From: Myxococcota bacterium
GTDB taxonomy: Bacteria > Myxococcota > XYA12-FULL-58-9 > JALHOP01
Direction: 5' to 3'
Assembly: GCA_041288095.1 (NCBI GenBank)
Contig: JBGGMJ010000149.1
Location: 1-49,426 of the forward strand
Length of the DNA: 49,426 nt
Shown: positions 36,844 through 46,645 of the stretch, one piece after another
Layout of the letters: each line of letters starts with the position of its first letter
Position numbering within the stretch: position 1 is the first letter of the stretch
The notes under the pieces: generated by a model
Seen by the model: only the letters and a program-made list of their open reading frames with translations
The model's database searches: none
What the model was told of the DNA's origin: nothing
Position numbers and translations under genes: made by a program

Positions 36844-37031
36844 GGGAGCCTCCGGGCCTGCACGCCATCCGAAGATGGTCGCTCGGCCACAAGGGTCGGG
36901 ATCATTCGCTGCTCAGGCAGCGGGTAAACGCGCGGCGGCTTTTCGATGGGGCGGAATCGTCAGTTTCGCTGCGTAAAACTAGATATGTGCATTGCTGACG
37001 CTTAGCGCCAGGTCTCGCTGCTTCGAATGTT

Positions 37032-37637
37032 CTAAGCGCGGCGTAGCAGGCCATGGACGACCAGCTCGTGCGTCGCGGCGAGGATGCGTTTGGTCTCGGC
37101 GGGGTCTTGCTCGAAGAGGCGCGGCGGAGCGTAGGTCGCGTAGATGCGTAGGAGAACGCCTGCGCTGGCCGGCGCATCGACGATGCGTAGCTCACCGGCG
37201 GCATCCCCAGCCTCGAGGAGCTCGATCAGCAGAGCCTGCTCGGCTTCCTCGAAGCGCTCACGCTCGAGCGCGGTGCCGGAGCAAGTGCCGGGGGAGACCA
37301 GCTCGAGGGCGTGCGGGCCGGTGCTCGCGACCTCCCAGAAGTGAGTTGCGCGGGCGTCGAAGGTGGCCCGCAGGCGCCTGGCGAAGGACTCCTCGGCGGA
37401 CGCCGCGTGGCGCATCGCCGTGAGCACGTGGTCATGGCAGCGCTTCGAGAGCTCGCGCGCGACCGTCTCCTTGGAATCGAACTCCAGGTAGACGCTGCCG
37501 ACGCCGATGCGCGCCGCATGGGCGATGTCGGCGACCGTGGTCTTCTCGAAGCCGTAGTGCTTGAACAAGCGGTCGGCGGCTTCGAGGATCGCGGTGCGCC
37601 GCTTCACCCGGAGGGGATTCTCTTGTGCTTCTGACAT
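37032..37637 (-). CDS. TetR/AcrR family transcriptional regulator
   Basis: ILEAADRLFKHYGFEKTTVADIAHAARIGVGSVYLEFDSKE HTH. Confidence 0.93.
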   Translation of the reverse strand: MSEAQENPLRVKRRTAILEAADRLFKHYGFEKTTVADIAHAARIGVGSVYLEFDSKETVARELSKRCHDHVLTAMRHAASAEESFARRLRATFDARATHFWEVASTGPHALELVSPGTCSGTALERERFEEAEQALLIELLEAGDAAGELRIVDAPASAGVLLRIYATYAPPRLFEQDPAETKRILAATHELVVHGLLRRA

Positions 37638-37730
37638 CCAACCACTCGCTCTTCGCCCGGGCAGGCGAAAAGTGAATGGCGAGTCATAGCGATCGCCGCG
37701 GAACGCGACAAGGGAAAACTGAATATCGCC

Positions 37731-39617
37731 TCAGCGGCCAGCGAACGCGACGGAAGAGGTCACCTGGTCGGCGTACGTGGCGTCGTCGAGCACTCCGGTG
37801 TCGTGCAGCTTGTGCAGGATGTCGTTGACCCGCTCGTTCCAGGTATCGCTGAGCTCACCGCGGGCATAGTAGCCATAGTAGCGCACCGGGTTCGGGATGA
37901 TGCTGGCGAGGTAGGCGGCTTCCTTGGCGGTGAGACTAGCCGGGTGCTTGCCGAAGTAGCGCTCGGCGGCCGCGCCGATGCCGTAGAGACCGGGGCCCCA
38001 CTCGATGACGTTCAGATAGATCTCGAGGATGCGGGGTTTCGACAGCGTGCCTTCCAGCGCCAACGCGATCAGTGCCTCGCGCACCTTGCGGCTGTATGTT
38101 TTAGCGGACGAAAGGTAGAGGTTCTTGGCGAGTTGCTGCGAGATCGTCGAGCCGCCTCGCACGGTCTTCCCGGAGCTCGTGACCGCGGCGATGCTGTTCC
38201 TGATCTCCACGAGATCGAAGCCATGATGTCCGAAGAAGCCGCCGTCCTCGGCGGTGGTGATGGCGCGCACCACGTGCTCGGGGAGGTCGGCGACCGACAC
38301 GAAGCTCTCGTTGGAAAACCCGACGAAGATCTCGCGTCGGCTGCCGTTGTCGTCGACGAGGTGGTGCGTGAAGGCGCCGCGAAGCTTCTCCGCGCCGGTC
38401 GGCTTGTCGCCCTTGGCGGCTTTGACGTCGATATCGCCGGCGAGCGTCCAGGCGCTGGGGTCGGCGAGAGGCCCCTCGAGATCGGCCCACGCCGCTAGCT
38501 CGCCGTGAGGCTTCGGATCATCCGCTTCGGGACGTAGGGCCTCCGGGAGGCTCGCCAGCAATGCGTCGAAGGGGATGCCGATGGCGCGGCTGTGGAGCGT
38601 CGCTTTGTAAGGCTCGGTCGTCTCGATGGCCGCGTCGAAGCGCAGGCGCACACGTGGGTCGGAGCCCAAGCCCACGTAGGCGTCGTGGATGCCCAGCCGC
38701 TTCTCGCGCACGCGATAGTGGACATTGGCGCCGACGCTGGCCGCGGGAATGACGACCGGCGCGCTGTCCAGGCGGGACGCGGGGAGGACGATCTCTTCAC
38801 CGGTCATGCCGAGCTGACCGTCGGCGCTCGCCAACCGGCCATTCACCAAGCGCAGGTCGGCCGCCACCGTCGCATCGATGCGGCCATGCGCGCGGTCGAC
38901 GTTGCGGGTGAGCTGCGAAGGCAGGGTCGCGAGCGGCAAGCCGATCAGGTGAAAAGTCGCGTTGACCACCTGGTCGTCGAAGGCGCCAGGGTCGTTCAAG
39001 TTGGTCTCGGTGGAGACGCTGGCGGTGAGCTCGCCGCCGCTCTCGAACACCACGTGGGCATCGCCGGTACAAACGCCACGGCAGACGGCGTCCGCTTCGA
39101 GCGAAGCCAAGGTGAGCTCGACCTCGCCGCGCTCGCTGGTTTGGGCATGCACGTAGATGTCGGTGGCGACGAGGCTCAAGTGGTCACGCAAGTAGGGCGC
39201 CAGCCGCTGGGCCAGCGCGGTGCGCACGGCGTTGCCGGTGGCGGTGCCGGACTTTTGGCTGAGACGTTCGAGCTCGACGATGACTCCGTCCGCTTTGACG
39301 GATGCGATGCGTGGGGCGCCTTCGAGGAGGCTGCCGAGGACGGGCGTCACGGTGAGGCGTGTCACTTGGATGTGACGCACCAGAGAGCCCGCCGGCCACT
39401 GCATGTCGACGGGACCCAACGTGACGCGACCGTTCAAGCTGATGTCGACGTCGGAGCCCAGAGCACTGTCGGCCGCGAACTCGTGTAACGCCACGAGGAC
39501 GTGAGCCCGAAGGGACGGCCCGAGCATGCGGCTGGCGATGGCGACGGTCAAAGCAGGCGAGGCGAGCCCCAGAAGGACCGCCACGGCAATCACCTGCGTA
39601 CGTCGACTCTTGCTCAT
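37731..39617 (-). CDS. Monofunctional peptidoglycan transglycosylase (GT51) with long beta-rich N-terminal region
   Basis: AEDGGFFGHHG, GGSTISQQLAKNL, RKVRE, KPRILEIYLN, EAAYLASIIPNP; no transpeptidase domain. Confidence 0.9.
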   Translation of the reverse strand: MSKSRRTQVIAVAVLLGLASPALTVAIASRMLGPSLRAHVLVALHEFAADSALGSDVDISLNGRVTLGPVDMQWPAGSLVRHIQVTRLTVTPVLGSLLEGAPRIASVKADGVIVELERLSQKSGTATGNAVRTALAQRLAPYLRDHLSLVATDIYVHAQTSERGEVELTLASLEADAVCRGVCTGDAHVVFESGGELTASVSTETNLNDPGAFDDQVVNATFHLIGLPLATLPSQLTRNVDRAHGRIDATVAADLRLVNGRLASADGQLGMTGEEIVLPASRLDSAPVVIPAASVGANVHYRVREKRLGIHDAYVGLGSDPRVRLRFDAAIETTEPYKATLHSRAIGIPFDALLASLPEALRPEADDPKPHGELAAWADLEGPLADPSAWTLAGDIDVKAAKGDKPTGAEKLRGAFTHHLVDDNGSRREIFVGFSNESFVSVADLPEHVVRAITTAEDGGFFGHHGFDLVEIRNSIAAVTSSGKTVRGGSTISQQLAKNLYLSSAKTYSRKVREALIALALEGTLSKPRILEIYLNVIEWGPGLYGIGAAAERYFGKHPASLTAKEAAYLASIIPNPVRYYGYYARGELSDTWNERVNDILHKLHDTGVLDDATYADQVTSSVAFAGR

Positions 39618-39695
39618 CCTACTTCACGCTGCTTCCGCCAAGGTGACCATCGGCGCTTTCGCGCGCATGTTGTTTCATGCCATGAGCGAAAGGTC

Positions 39696-40250
39696 ATGAG
39701 CTCGAGGGGCCCAGTTACGCGCCGCATCCCACCCGGGGATGACCGTGAGCGCCTGGTATGCCTCGATTGCGGATTCGTCAACTACGAGAACCCCAAGGTG
39801 GTGGTGGGCTCGGTCGTTACCGCCGGCGAGGAGATCCTTCTATGCCGGCGAGCCATTGAGCCACGGCGGGGCTACTGGACGATTCCTGCTGGGTTTCTCG
39901 AGGCGCACGAGGACCCCCAGACCGGGGCCCGCCGCGAGGCCATGGAGGAGGCGACCGCGGAAATCGCCATCGATGCGCTGCTCGCGGTCTACTCGGTGGC
40001 CCGCATCAGCCAGGTGCAGCTGATCTACCGCGCCACCCTGGTGGGGACCTTCGCGCCGGGCCCGGAGAGCCTCGAGGTGGCGTTGTTCGCCTGGGACGAG
40101 CTGCCCTGGGACGACCTGGCCTTCCCGAGCGTCCACTGGGCGCTACGGCATCACCGATCGGTGAACGGGCAAAACGCTTTCGCCCCGTTCGTGAACCCGA
40201 CCGGTGAAACCGGTGACTTGCTACCGAACGCGACTACGAGTCGTACTTGA
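39696..40250 (+). CDS. NUDIX hydrolase with N-terminal zinc-ribbon-like region
   Basis: DDRERLVCLDCGFVNYENPK, LLCRRAIEPR, GFLE..E...GARREAMEE Nudix box. Confidence 0.93.
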   Translation: MSSRGPVTRRIPPGDDRERLVCLDCGFVNYENPKVVVGSVVTAGEEILLCRRAIEPRRGYWTIPAGFLEAHEDPQTGARREAMEEATAEIAIDALLAVYSVARISQVQLIYRATLVGTFAPGPESLEVALFAWDELPWDDLAFPSVHWALRHHRSVNGQNAFAPFVNPTGETGDLLPNATTSRT

Positions 40251-40854
40251 CGCTGCAGCCGTAGGCCTCGGTCTGGGCCTTCTCGACCTTGCCGGTCGCG
40301 ACGCCCTTGATGGCCGCGTCGACGAAGTTGATGGCGCTGCCGTCGGCCTTGCCCAGCGGGGCGTTGTCGAGCGCTCCGTTATAGCGGAGGACTCCTTCCT
40401 TGTCGATCACGTACATGTGAGGCGTCGTCTTGGCGCCGTAGAGCTTGCCCACCTTGCCGTCGCTGTCGAGGAGGATGGGGTAGCTCATGCCGTACTCCTT
40501 GGCGGCCTTCACGTTGCGCTCGGTGCCGTTACCCTGCTTGCCCGGCGCGCTCGAGTTGACGGCGAGCCACACCACGCCCTCACCGGTGGCGCGCTTCGGC
40601 TGAGCCACGAGCGGCCCCTTATCGCCGTGCGCGAACTTCACGAACGGACAATCCGGGTTGAACCACTCGAGGACCACTGTTTTGCCGGCGAAGTCGTGCA
40701 ACGAGACCTTTTTGCCGTCAGTGGTGCTGAGCGTGAAGTCGGGAGCCTTGTTGCCGACCGTAACGTCGGCTCGAGCGGCGGTAGCGAGGGTCGTGAGGGC
40801 GAGCGCGGCAAGAACGGGAACGGAACGAAACACTCGGTGCATGGTCATCCTCAT
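40234..40854 (-). CDS. Exported AhpC/TSA-like redoxin (thioredoxin family)
   Basis: Signal peptide; APDFTL, LEWFNPDCPFV, YGAKTTPHMYVID, YGCSVKY (alternative start 40842). Confidence 0.9.
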   Translation of the reverse strand: MRMTMHRVFRSVPVLAALALTTLATAARADVTVGNKAPDFTLSTTDGKKVSLHDFAGKTVVLEWFNPDCPFVKFAHGDKGPLVAQPKRATGEGVVWLAVNSSAPGKQGNGTERNVKAAKEYGMSYPILLDSDGKVGKLYGAKTTPHMYVIDKEGVLRYNGALDNAPLGKADGSAINFVDAAIKGVATGKVEKAQTEAYGCSVKYDS

Positions 40855-40954
40855 GGTTGCGGTTGAACCGCGGGCAAGGTTGTAACCCTGATGGACGGCG
40901 TCAACTTCCGTCGCAAGGTAGCCTTCTGTGAACGGGTGAGCGGCGCCGCGAGCT

Positions 40955-41449
40955 TTAGCCGAGCGCCTTGATCGCCGCGTCGTAGTTGGGCTCTTGGGCG
41001 ATCTCGGGCACTTGCTCGGTGTAGAGCACACGATTCTGCCCATCGAGCACGACGATGCAGCGTGAGCACAGCCCGGCCATCGGGCCGTCGACGATCTGCA
41101 GGCCGAAGTCCTTGGCGAAGGTCGAACGGAAGCTCGACAGGGCATGGACGCGCTCGAGCCCCTCGGCACCGCAGAAACGCTTCATCGCGAAGGGCAGATC
41201 CGCCGAGATATTGAGCACCGCGACGTCACCGCGTCCCGAGAGCTTGCTGTTGAAGGTGCGCACCGAGGTCGCGCAGATCGCCGTGTCGACGCTGGGGAAA
41301 ATGTTGAGCACCTTCTTCCCGGGGAAGTCGTCGAGGCTCACGTCGGTCAAGTCGATCTTCGTAAGCTTCAGTTTTGGCGCTGCATTTCCGACCGCCGGCA
41401 GGGAACCGCTGGTGTGGATTGTGTTCCCCTTGAGCTTGATGTCCGTCAT
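40955..41449 (-). CDS. tpx: Thiol peroxidase Tpx
   Basis: LNIFPSVDTAIC, ISADLPFAMKRFC, EPNYDAAI; AGGAGG RBS. Confidence 0.96.
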   Translation of the reverse strand: MTDIKLKGNTIHTSGSLPAVGNAAPKLKLTKIDLTDVSLDDFPGKKVLNIFPSVDTAICATSVRTFNSKLSGRGDVAVLNISADLPFAMKRFCGAEGLERVHALSSFRSTFAKDFGLQIVDGPMAGLCSRCIVVLDGQNRVLYTEQVPEIAQEPNYDAAIKALG

Positions 41450-41548
41450 CGGCATCCTCCTGATGATCCGTTTTTGGAAGCGTGGCTGGGCAATCGCAGA
41501 GAATGCCGCCCATGCGCAAGCGGCCGCTGACCAGGGAGGAATACGGTC

Positions 41549-42184
41549 ATGGCTAAAGCGACTTCCGCTCTTCACGACGCCTTGATGCGCACGGCGGCGC
41601 GCCTCCGCGGCGGCGCCACCTACCAGTGGAGCCACATGGGTGCCTGCAACTGCGGACACCTGGCCCAAACCGTGACCCGCGTCTCACGCGCGGAGCTCCA
41701 CGCCATGGCGCTCGAGCGTGCCGGCGATTGGAGCGAGCAAGTGGTCGAGTATTGCCCGACCAGCGGCCTGCCCATCGACCACGTCATCGCCACGATGCTG
41801 ACCATCGGCCTCACCACGGAGGATCTGGCGCATCTCGAGCGCCTCACCGCGCCGGAGGTGCTCGAGCTCCTCCCGCCGGACGAGCGCCAGCTCGACTACC
41901 GCAAGCGCGACGACGTCGTTCGCTACCTCGAGACGTGGGCCGCACTACTTGCTCACCAGCTTCACGAGGGTCACCAAACCATGCACGGCGGCCGCGGCCC
42001 CGACCAACGCGGCGAGGGCATGCCACACGGCTCCACCGTGACCACCAGCGCGCCAGAGCTGGGCCGGCCCAGGCGCGACGACGTCGATAACGTGACGTGC
42101 CTGCGCAACGGCGAACCAGGCGCCGACCGCGAGCTCGGTGATGGGCACGGCGTAGGGGCCGCCGAAACGGGTAAGGCCGCCTAG
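41549..42184 (+). CDS. Conserved hypothetical protein (YQWSHMGACNCGHLAQ motif) with low-complexity C-terminal extension
   Basis: GGAGG RBS; Cys/His motif; last ~75 codons lie antisense to the next ORF. Confidence 0.75.
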   Translation: MAKATSALHDALMRTAARLRGGATYQWSHMGACNCGHLAQTVTRVSRAELHAMALERAGDWSEQVVEYCPTSGLPIDHVIATMLTIGLTTEDLAHLERLTAPEVLELLPPDERQLDYRKRDDVVRYLETWAALLAHQLHEGHQTMHGGRGPDQRGEGMPHGSTVTTSAPELGRPRRDDVDNVTCLRNGEPGADRELGDGHGVGAAETGKAA

Positions 42185-42286
42185 AGGCGGAGCGGGTTGC
42201 TCCTCTTTGGCGGACGCCGGCTTCGACGCAGACGTCTCTCGCACTTCCTGGACTACCGGGACCACACCACTGACACGACGAACCAT
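41945..42286 (-). CDS. Small hypothetical membrane protein
   Basis: GAGGAGG RBS; two hydrophobic segments; GC-biased codons on this strand. Confidence 0.55.
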   Translation of the reverse strand: MVRRVSGVVPVVQEVRETSASKPASAKEEQPAPPLGGLTRFGGPYAVPITELAVGAWFAVAQARHVIDVVAPGPAQLWRAGGHGGAVWHALAALVGAAAAVHGLVTLVKLVSK

Positions 42287-42361
42287 ACGAGCCTCCTCGA
42301 GGCTCAGCCGTTCGCAGCAATCGTGCCGAAGGGAGTGAGGCCAAATCGGCCGAGAGGCGCG

Positions 42362-43354
42362 TCAGGCCGGCGGCGGCGCCGTGGGTGTCGCGTTTTGCGA
42401 CGCGTTTTTCCGAGGCGGCGTCTCGCGGCGCGTGACCAGCAGCGAGACCACCGCTGACACCGCGATGGACGCGGCGATCACCGCTAGCGACACGGTGACC
42501 GGCAGCTTGATGTGCCAGTATTCGGCGATCATCTTGCCGCCGACGAACGCGAGCACGAAGGCGAGGCCGTATTTGAGGTAGCGGAAGCGTTCCATGATCC
42601 GCGCCAAAACGAAGTAGAGGGCGCGCAGGCCCAGAATGGCGAAGATGTTCGACGTGTAGATGATGAAGGGGTCCTGCGAGACACCGAAGGCCGCCGGCAC
42701 GGAATCGATGGCGAAGATGATGTCCGTCGTCTCGATGGCGATGAGCACGAGGAGCAGGGGAGTGGCGTGCAGGCGTCCGTTCTCGCGGACAAAGATGTGC
42801 GGGCCTCGCATCTCCGGAGTCACGGGCAAGATCGCCGCGATGATGCGCGCGAACATCTTGTAAAGGCGGCCCTCGGTCGGTGCCTCGTGTGCGTTACCGC
42901 CGCGAACCAGCTTCAGCGCTGTCCACACCAAGATGGCGCCAAACGCGTACATCACCGCGTGGAACTGAGCCACCAAGGCGGTGCCCGCGAAAACGAACAA
43001 GGCGCGGAACACCATGGCGCCGAGGATCCCCCAGAACAGCACCCGGTGCTGGTTCTGTGACTCGACCTCGAAGAACTGGAACAGCACCAGGAAGACGAAC
43101 AGGTTGTCGACCGACAGCGCTTCTTCGATCAGGTAGCAGGTCGCGAACTCGAGAGCCGCCTCGCCGCCGAAGCGCCAGTAGAGGAAGCCATTGAAGGCGG
43201 CTGCGATGCTAAACCAGAGGGCGGTCCACATCGACGCTTCGCGGACCGATACCGTGTGGGCGCGGCGATTGAACACGCCGAGGTCGAGGGCCAGAAGGCA
43301 GAAGACCAGCGCGGTAAAGCCGGCCCACAGCCCGGGCGTGCCGATCGAGTGCAT
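42362..43354 (-). CDS. terC: TerC/Alx family metal-homeostasis membrane protein
   Basis: LALDLG, EEALSVDNLFVF, QHRVLFWGILGA, DIIFAIDSVPA, TSNIFAILGLRALYF. Confidence 0.95.
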   Translation of the reverse strand: MHSIGTPGLWAGFTALVFCLLALDLGVFNRRAHTVSVREASMWTALWFSIAAAFNGFLYWRFGGEAALEFATCYLIEEALSVDNLFVFLVLFQFFEVESQNQHRVLFWGILGAMVFRALFVFAGTALVAQFHAVMYAFGAILVWTALKLVRGGNAHEAPTEGRLYKMFARIIAAILPVTPEMRGPHIFVRENGRLHATPLLLVLIAIETTDIIFAIDSVPAAFGVSQDPFIIYTSNIFAILGLRALYFVLARIMERFRYLKYGLAFVLAFVGGKMIAEYWHIKLPVTVSLAVIAASIAVSAVVSLLVTRRETPPRKNASQNATPTAPPPA

Positions 43355-43398
43355 GGGCGGCGCAGACTATGCGAGGGGCTCCGGCAGTCAAGCCCACC

Positions 43399-45282
43399 CT
43401 ATGGCTTTGTGACCCCCAGCGTCGCGAGGTGCGCCTTGGCCTGTTCGAGCCAGTTGCTCTTGGGCCGCGCCAGCACTTGCTCGAACGCCGCGACGGCTTC
43501 CTGCGTGCGGCCGCGCGCCTGCAGGATTTCGCCGCTGTGGAAGTAAGCGTCGTCGACGAACTCGTTCTTGGGATAGGTGGCGATGAAGTCGGTAAAGCGC
43601 GTCAAAGCGAGCGTCGACTGCCCACCTTGCTGCTGCGCGCATGCGAGGCTGAACGCCGCTTCCCAGTCGAGGGCACCCGCTTTCTCGAGAGCCAGACCCG
43701 CAGCGACCGCCTTGGCGAACTCGTCGTGCGCGACGCCGCCGAACAAGTCGCGACGCAAACGCTTGCGCTCGCTCTCCGGCAAGGTCGACTCGGGCGACTG
43801 CTTCGCGGGCGCGGCCTCCACAGCGGCGGGCTCGGCCGGCCCGGCGCCGTCCGGCACCCCGGCGAGCTCCGGCTCGGCGTCGGGTGCCTTCGCTCGGCCC
43901 TCGTCCATTGGGGGCGCTGCCTTCTCGGCGGTGATCGTCGCCTTCACGTCCATCGCGGCGCCCACGGAGCCGGGTGGCTCATACGCTACAGCGGACAGGG
44001 GCTCGCTCGCATGGTCGGGCGACAAATGCAGGCCCAGCCCGAAGCCCAGCACGATACCCACGACGACGCCGGCCAAGGCGCCGTGCCGTCGACCGCTCGA
44101 GCGGACGCGGGTGAGCTCGAGGGCGTGATCGGCTTCGAGGGCCTCGATGCGCTCCTGGTGGGCCAAGCGCGGCCCTTCGATGTCGGGCGACGGCGCGCGC
44201 ACCTCGGGGGTGAGACCACCGGGCGGTGTCAACGTGTTCCAGGTGTCGTCGACCGGCGGTGTCGGTGGCGGCGTTAGTGGAGACGGCGCGGCGGGGACAG
44301 TCGGCGCCTCCATCGGTTCGCTCAAGCTACCGATGCTGCGTTGCACTTCGTCGTCTTCGAAGAGGGAGCGCCAGAGGTTCTCCTCGGTGCGCTTCAATGC
44401 GACGCCGCTCAAGACTTCGCGCAGCGTCGGGTAGTCCGCCAGCAAGGGCATGAAGTCGTCGCGGTCGAAGAACAACAACGTCGTCTCACCTACGGTCCAG
44501 ACCGATGCGGACCGCTTGCGGTCCGAGAGCATGGCCATCTCACCGAAGAAACCGCCGGCACCGATGCGGGCGATCCCCTGATTGTTCTTCTCGGCCAGCA
44601 TGACCCGCACTTGGCCTTCGACCACGAGATAGAAACCATCGCCGGGACCGCCCTCGGCGATGACTTGCTCGTCGCTCATGCGAAGCTCGTGCTTGGCCAT
44701 GGCGGCGATGCGATTGAGGCCCGGCTCGTCGACGACAGCGAGTATCGAGTTGTCGCGCTGAAAACGCTTCAAGGCCGCTAAAGCGAACACGCCTGATGTG
44801 GTGTACGACGCTTGCCCGTCGTTGGTCGGGGGAGCTGGTGCGCGTTCCGGCAGATCCGGGATAGCGGCGCGCAGCCCGTCTAACGTCAGCGGCTCGGTGA
44901 TGGTCGGCACGTTGGCGGCGCTCTCGAGGTTCGCTGGCTCTTCCGGATCGATGAGGATGGCGACGCGGGTGCCCGGCGCTTGCGACTCGATCATGGCCGC
45001 GAAGCTCACGCCCGACAGGCCCGGGAGCTGGGCGCTGCACAGGACGAGGCCGGGCTCTTCTTCGAAGAAGCGCGCGAAGGCGTCGCCACCATCCGGTGTC
45101 GCGATGACCTCGAAGCCGGCCTCGCGCATCAAGTCGACGGCGCTACGGAGACGCTTCGTGTTGCCGTGGGCAACGAGCACTCGCACCGCAGACGCGGCGC
45201 GAGTGCTTTTGGCACTGTCTTCCGTGGCTTCGCCACTAGTCGGCCGCGTCTGGCGCGGCCCGTTGCCGGCGTTGCTGCTCAT
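43399..45282 (-). CDS. Multidomain signalling protein: pseudo-receiver, cNMP-binding domain, TM, C-terminal TPR
   Basis: REC-like fold lacking Asp; cNMP motifs EGGPGDGFYLVVEGQV..GFFGEMAML..RSASV; one TM; TPR FIATYPKNEFVDDAYF. Confidence 0.85.
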   Translation of the reverse strand: MSSNAGNGPRQTRPTSGEATEDSAKSTRAASAVRVLVAHGNTKRLRSAVDLMREAGFEVIATPDGGDAFARFFEEEPGLVLCSAQLPGLSGVSFAAMIESQAPGTRVAILIDPEEPANLESAANVPTITEPLTLDGLRAAIPDLPERAPAPPTNDGQASYTTSGVFALAALKRFQRDNSILAVVDEPGLNRIAAMAKHELRMSDEQVIAEGGPGDGFYLVVEGQVRVMLAEKNNQGIARIGAGGFFGEMAMLSDRKRSASVWTVGETTLLFFDRDDFMPLLADYPTLREVLSGVALKRTEENLWRSLFEDDEVQRSIGSLSEPMEAPTVPAAPSPLTPPPTPPVDDTWNTLTPPGGLTPEVRAPSPDIEGPRLAHQERIEALEADHALELTRVRSSGRRHGALAGVVVGIVLGFGLGLHLSPDHASEPLSAVAYEPPGSVGAAMDVKATITAEKAAPPMDEGRAKAPDAEPELAGVPDGAGPAEPAAVEAAPAKQSPESTLPESERKRLRRDLFGGVAHDEFAKAVAAGLALEKAGALDWEAAFSLACAQQQGGQSTLALTRFTDFIATYPKNEFVDDAYFHSGEILQARGRTQEAVAAFEQVLARPKSNWLEQAKAHLATLGVTKP

Positions 45283-45330
45283 CGATGTGCGATTGGCTCC
45301 GCCGGGAAGCGTATCGCAAATTCGACTCGC

Positions 45331-46626
45331 TTACCGCGTACGCTTTTTGGTCTTGGTCTTCACCTTGACCTTGGTGGCTTTGACTTTCGTTTTGCTCTTG
45401 GCCCCGGCGGCGGCAGGCGTCGCGGGCTCGCCGGGCTTCATGCCTTCGCCCATGCCCCACTCGCGCTCCCAGACCGAGCCGTCGCCGTCTTCCTGAGCGG
45501 CACAGACGTTCACGAGGTCGGCGAAGCCGAAGTCACCGGTCGTGCGGCCATCGGCGAGCGTCAGGTTGACGTTGTGCACCTCTTCCGCCGTGACCTCCTT
45601 GCAGAAGAGCTTGAAGGGGATGCGATAGCGGAGCTCGCCGTACTGATAGACGCTGAACGAATCGCGCACGTAGGCATCGCCGAACGACTTGGACAGCTCG
45701 TCGCGCTTGGCGTCGACCTTGTCCGCGGGATAGGCGAACCACTGCGTCAGGGGCGTCTCGAGCTTGCCCTCGGCGATGGTGCGGACCGCGCGCGTCGCAT
45801 TGGTGGCGGTCATGCGAAAGGCCACAGGCTTGTTGTGCGAGCCGGCGCTGGGATCGTCGAGCATCACCAACTTACCGATGAGCGCGCTGCGCGAATACGA
45901 ATAGACGTTGTCGAGCTTGCCGAAGTCGAGGGGCGCTTCGATGGCTTTGTCGACGCTCGCGGCGGCATCGCGTTGCTGGACGAACGCCTGCGAGCTCGGG
46001 TGACGGATCAGCGGTTGCCCGATGGCGCCTTTTTCACTGACCGCGTATTCGATGGGGAGGGCGTAGTTGAGCTTCGGCGTCAGCTTGAACTGCATGATAC
46101 CGACGAGCTGGCCCGAGCGATCGAAGATGCCCGCGCCCTCGACGTTCTCGTCGACCACCAGGTCGGTCTCGAGATAGGCGCGCTTCTGGCTCGCCCGGAA
46201 GCCGGTGAACTTGGCGGTGAGGGCGCTGCCCTTGCCGTCCTTGTCGTAGACGAAGGCCGTGACCGGATCGCCGACCTTCAGGGCGCCCGAGTCGCCGAGT
46301 GACGCGCCTTCGAGGCCGCCACCCTTCACCTTGAGAACAGCGATGCCGCGATCAGCATCGCGATAGAGGACGTTGGCGTCCCGCGTCTTGCCGTCGGAGG
46401 TCACGACCTTCAGCAGGTCGGCGCCCTTCGTCAGGTCGATGTCGGTGACGATGTGGTCGCCGTCGAACGCGGTGCCTCCGCGATTGCGGAAGCCATCGGT
46501 GACCTGAACGGCGGAAAGGGTCGCGAGCTCAGCGGGTGATTTGGAGGGACAACCGCTGACCAGAAACGCGACCAGCGCGCCCGCCGACGACAAGGTGATT
46601 GTACGACGACGAGCGCGCTGGAACAT
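45331..46626 (-). CDS. Lipoprotein with trypsin/HtrA-like domain, catalytically degenerate
   Basis: Lipobox VSGC; IAVLKV, LGDSGALKVGD, YLETD, GQLVGI scaffold, but triad positions substituted. Confidence 0.8.
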   Translation of the reverse strand: MFQRARRRTITLSSAGALVAFLVSGCPSKSPAELATLSAVQVTDGFRNRGGTAFDGDHIVTDIDLTKGADLLKVVTSDGKTRDANVLYRDADRGIAVLKVKGGGLEGASLGDSGALKVGDPVTAFVYDKDGKGSALTAKFTGFRASQKRAYLETDLVVDENVEGAGIFDRSGQLVGIMQFKLTPKLNYALPIEYAVSEKGAIGQPLIRHPSSQAFVQQRDAAASVDKAIEAPLDFGKLDNVYSYSRSALIGKLVMLDDPSAGSHNKPVAFRMTATNATRAVRTIAEGKLETPLTQWFAYPADKVDAKRDELSKSFGDAYVRDSFSVYQYGELRYRIPFKLFCKEVTAEEVHNVNLTLADGRTTGDFGFADLVNVCAAQEDGDGSVWEREWGMGEGMKPGEPATPAAAGAKSKTKVKATKVKVKTKTKKRTR

Positions 46627-46645
46627 GCGTTACTCTACTTCGTGC

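Noticed and set aside
36945..36970. GAAAC-N17-CGAAAA and a sigma32-like CTTG..CCATCT upstream of lon
   Set aside because: Both deviate in sequence and spacing; too weak to assign
37639..37660. CTCTTCGCCC match to the tRNA-Val 3' end as a possible attR
   Set aside because: Only ~10 bp, plausible by chance; no integrase; intervening region includes lon
39696..41449. NUDIX-redoxin-tpx cluster as a novel redox system
   Set aside because: All are common families in mixed orientation; no evidence of a unit
42287..42360. Shared GCAAC motif upstream of the small membrane ORF
   Set aside because: CGATT boxes are present but there is no GCAAC at 16-17 nt, so it is not counted in the regulon
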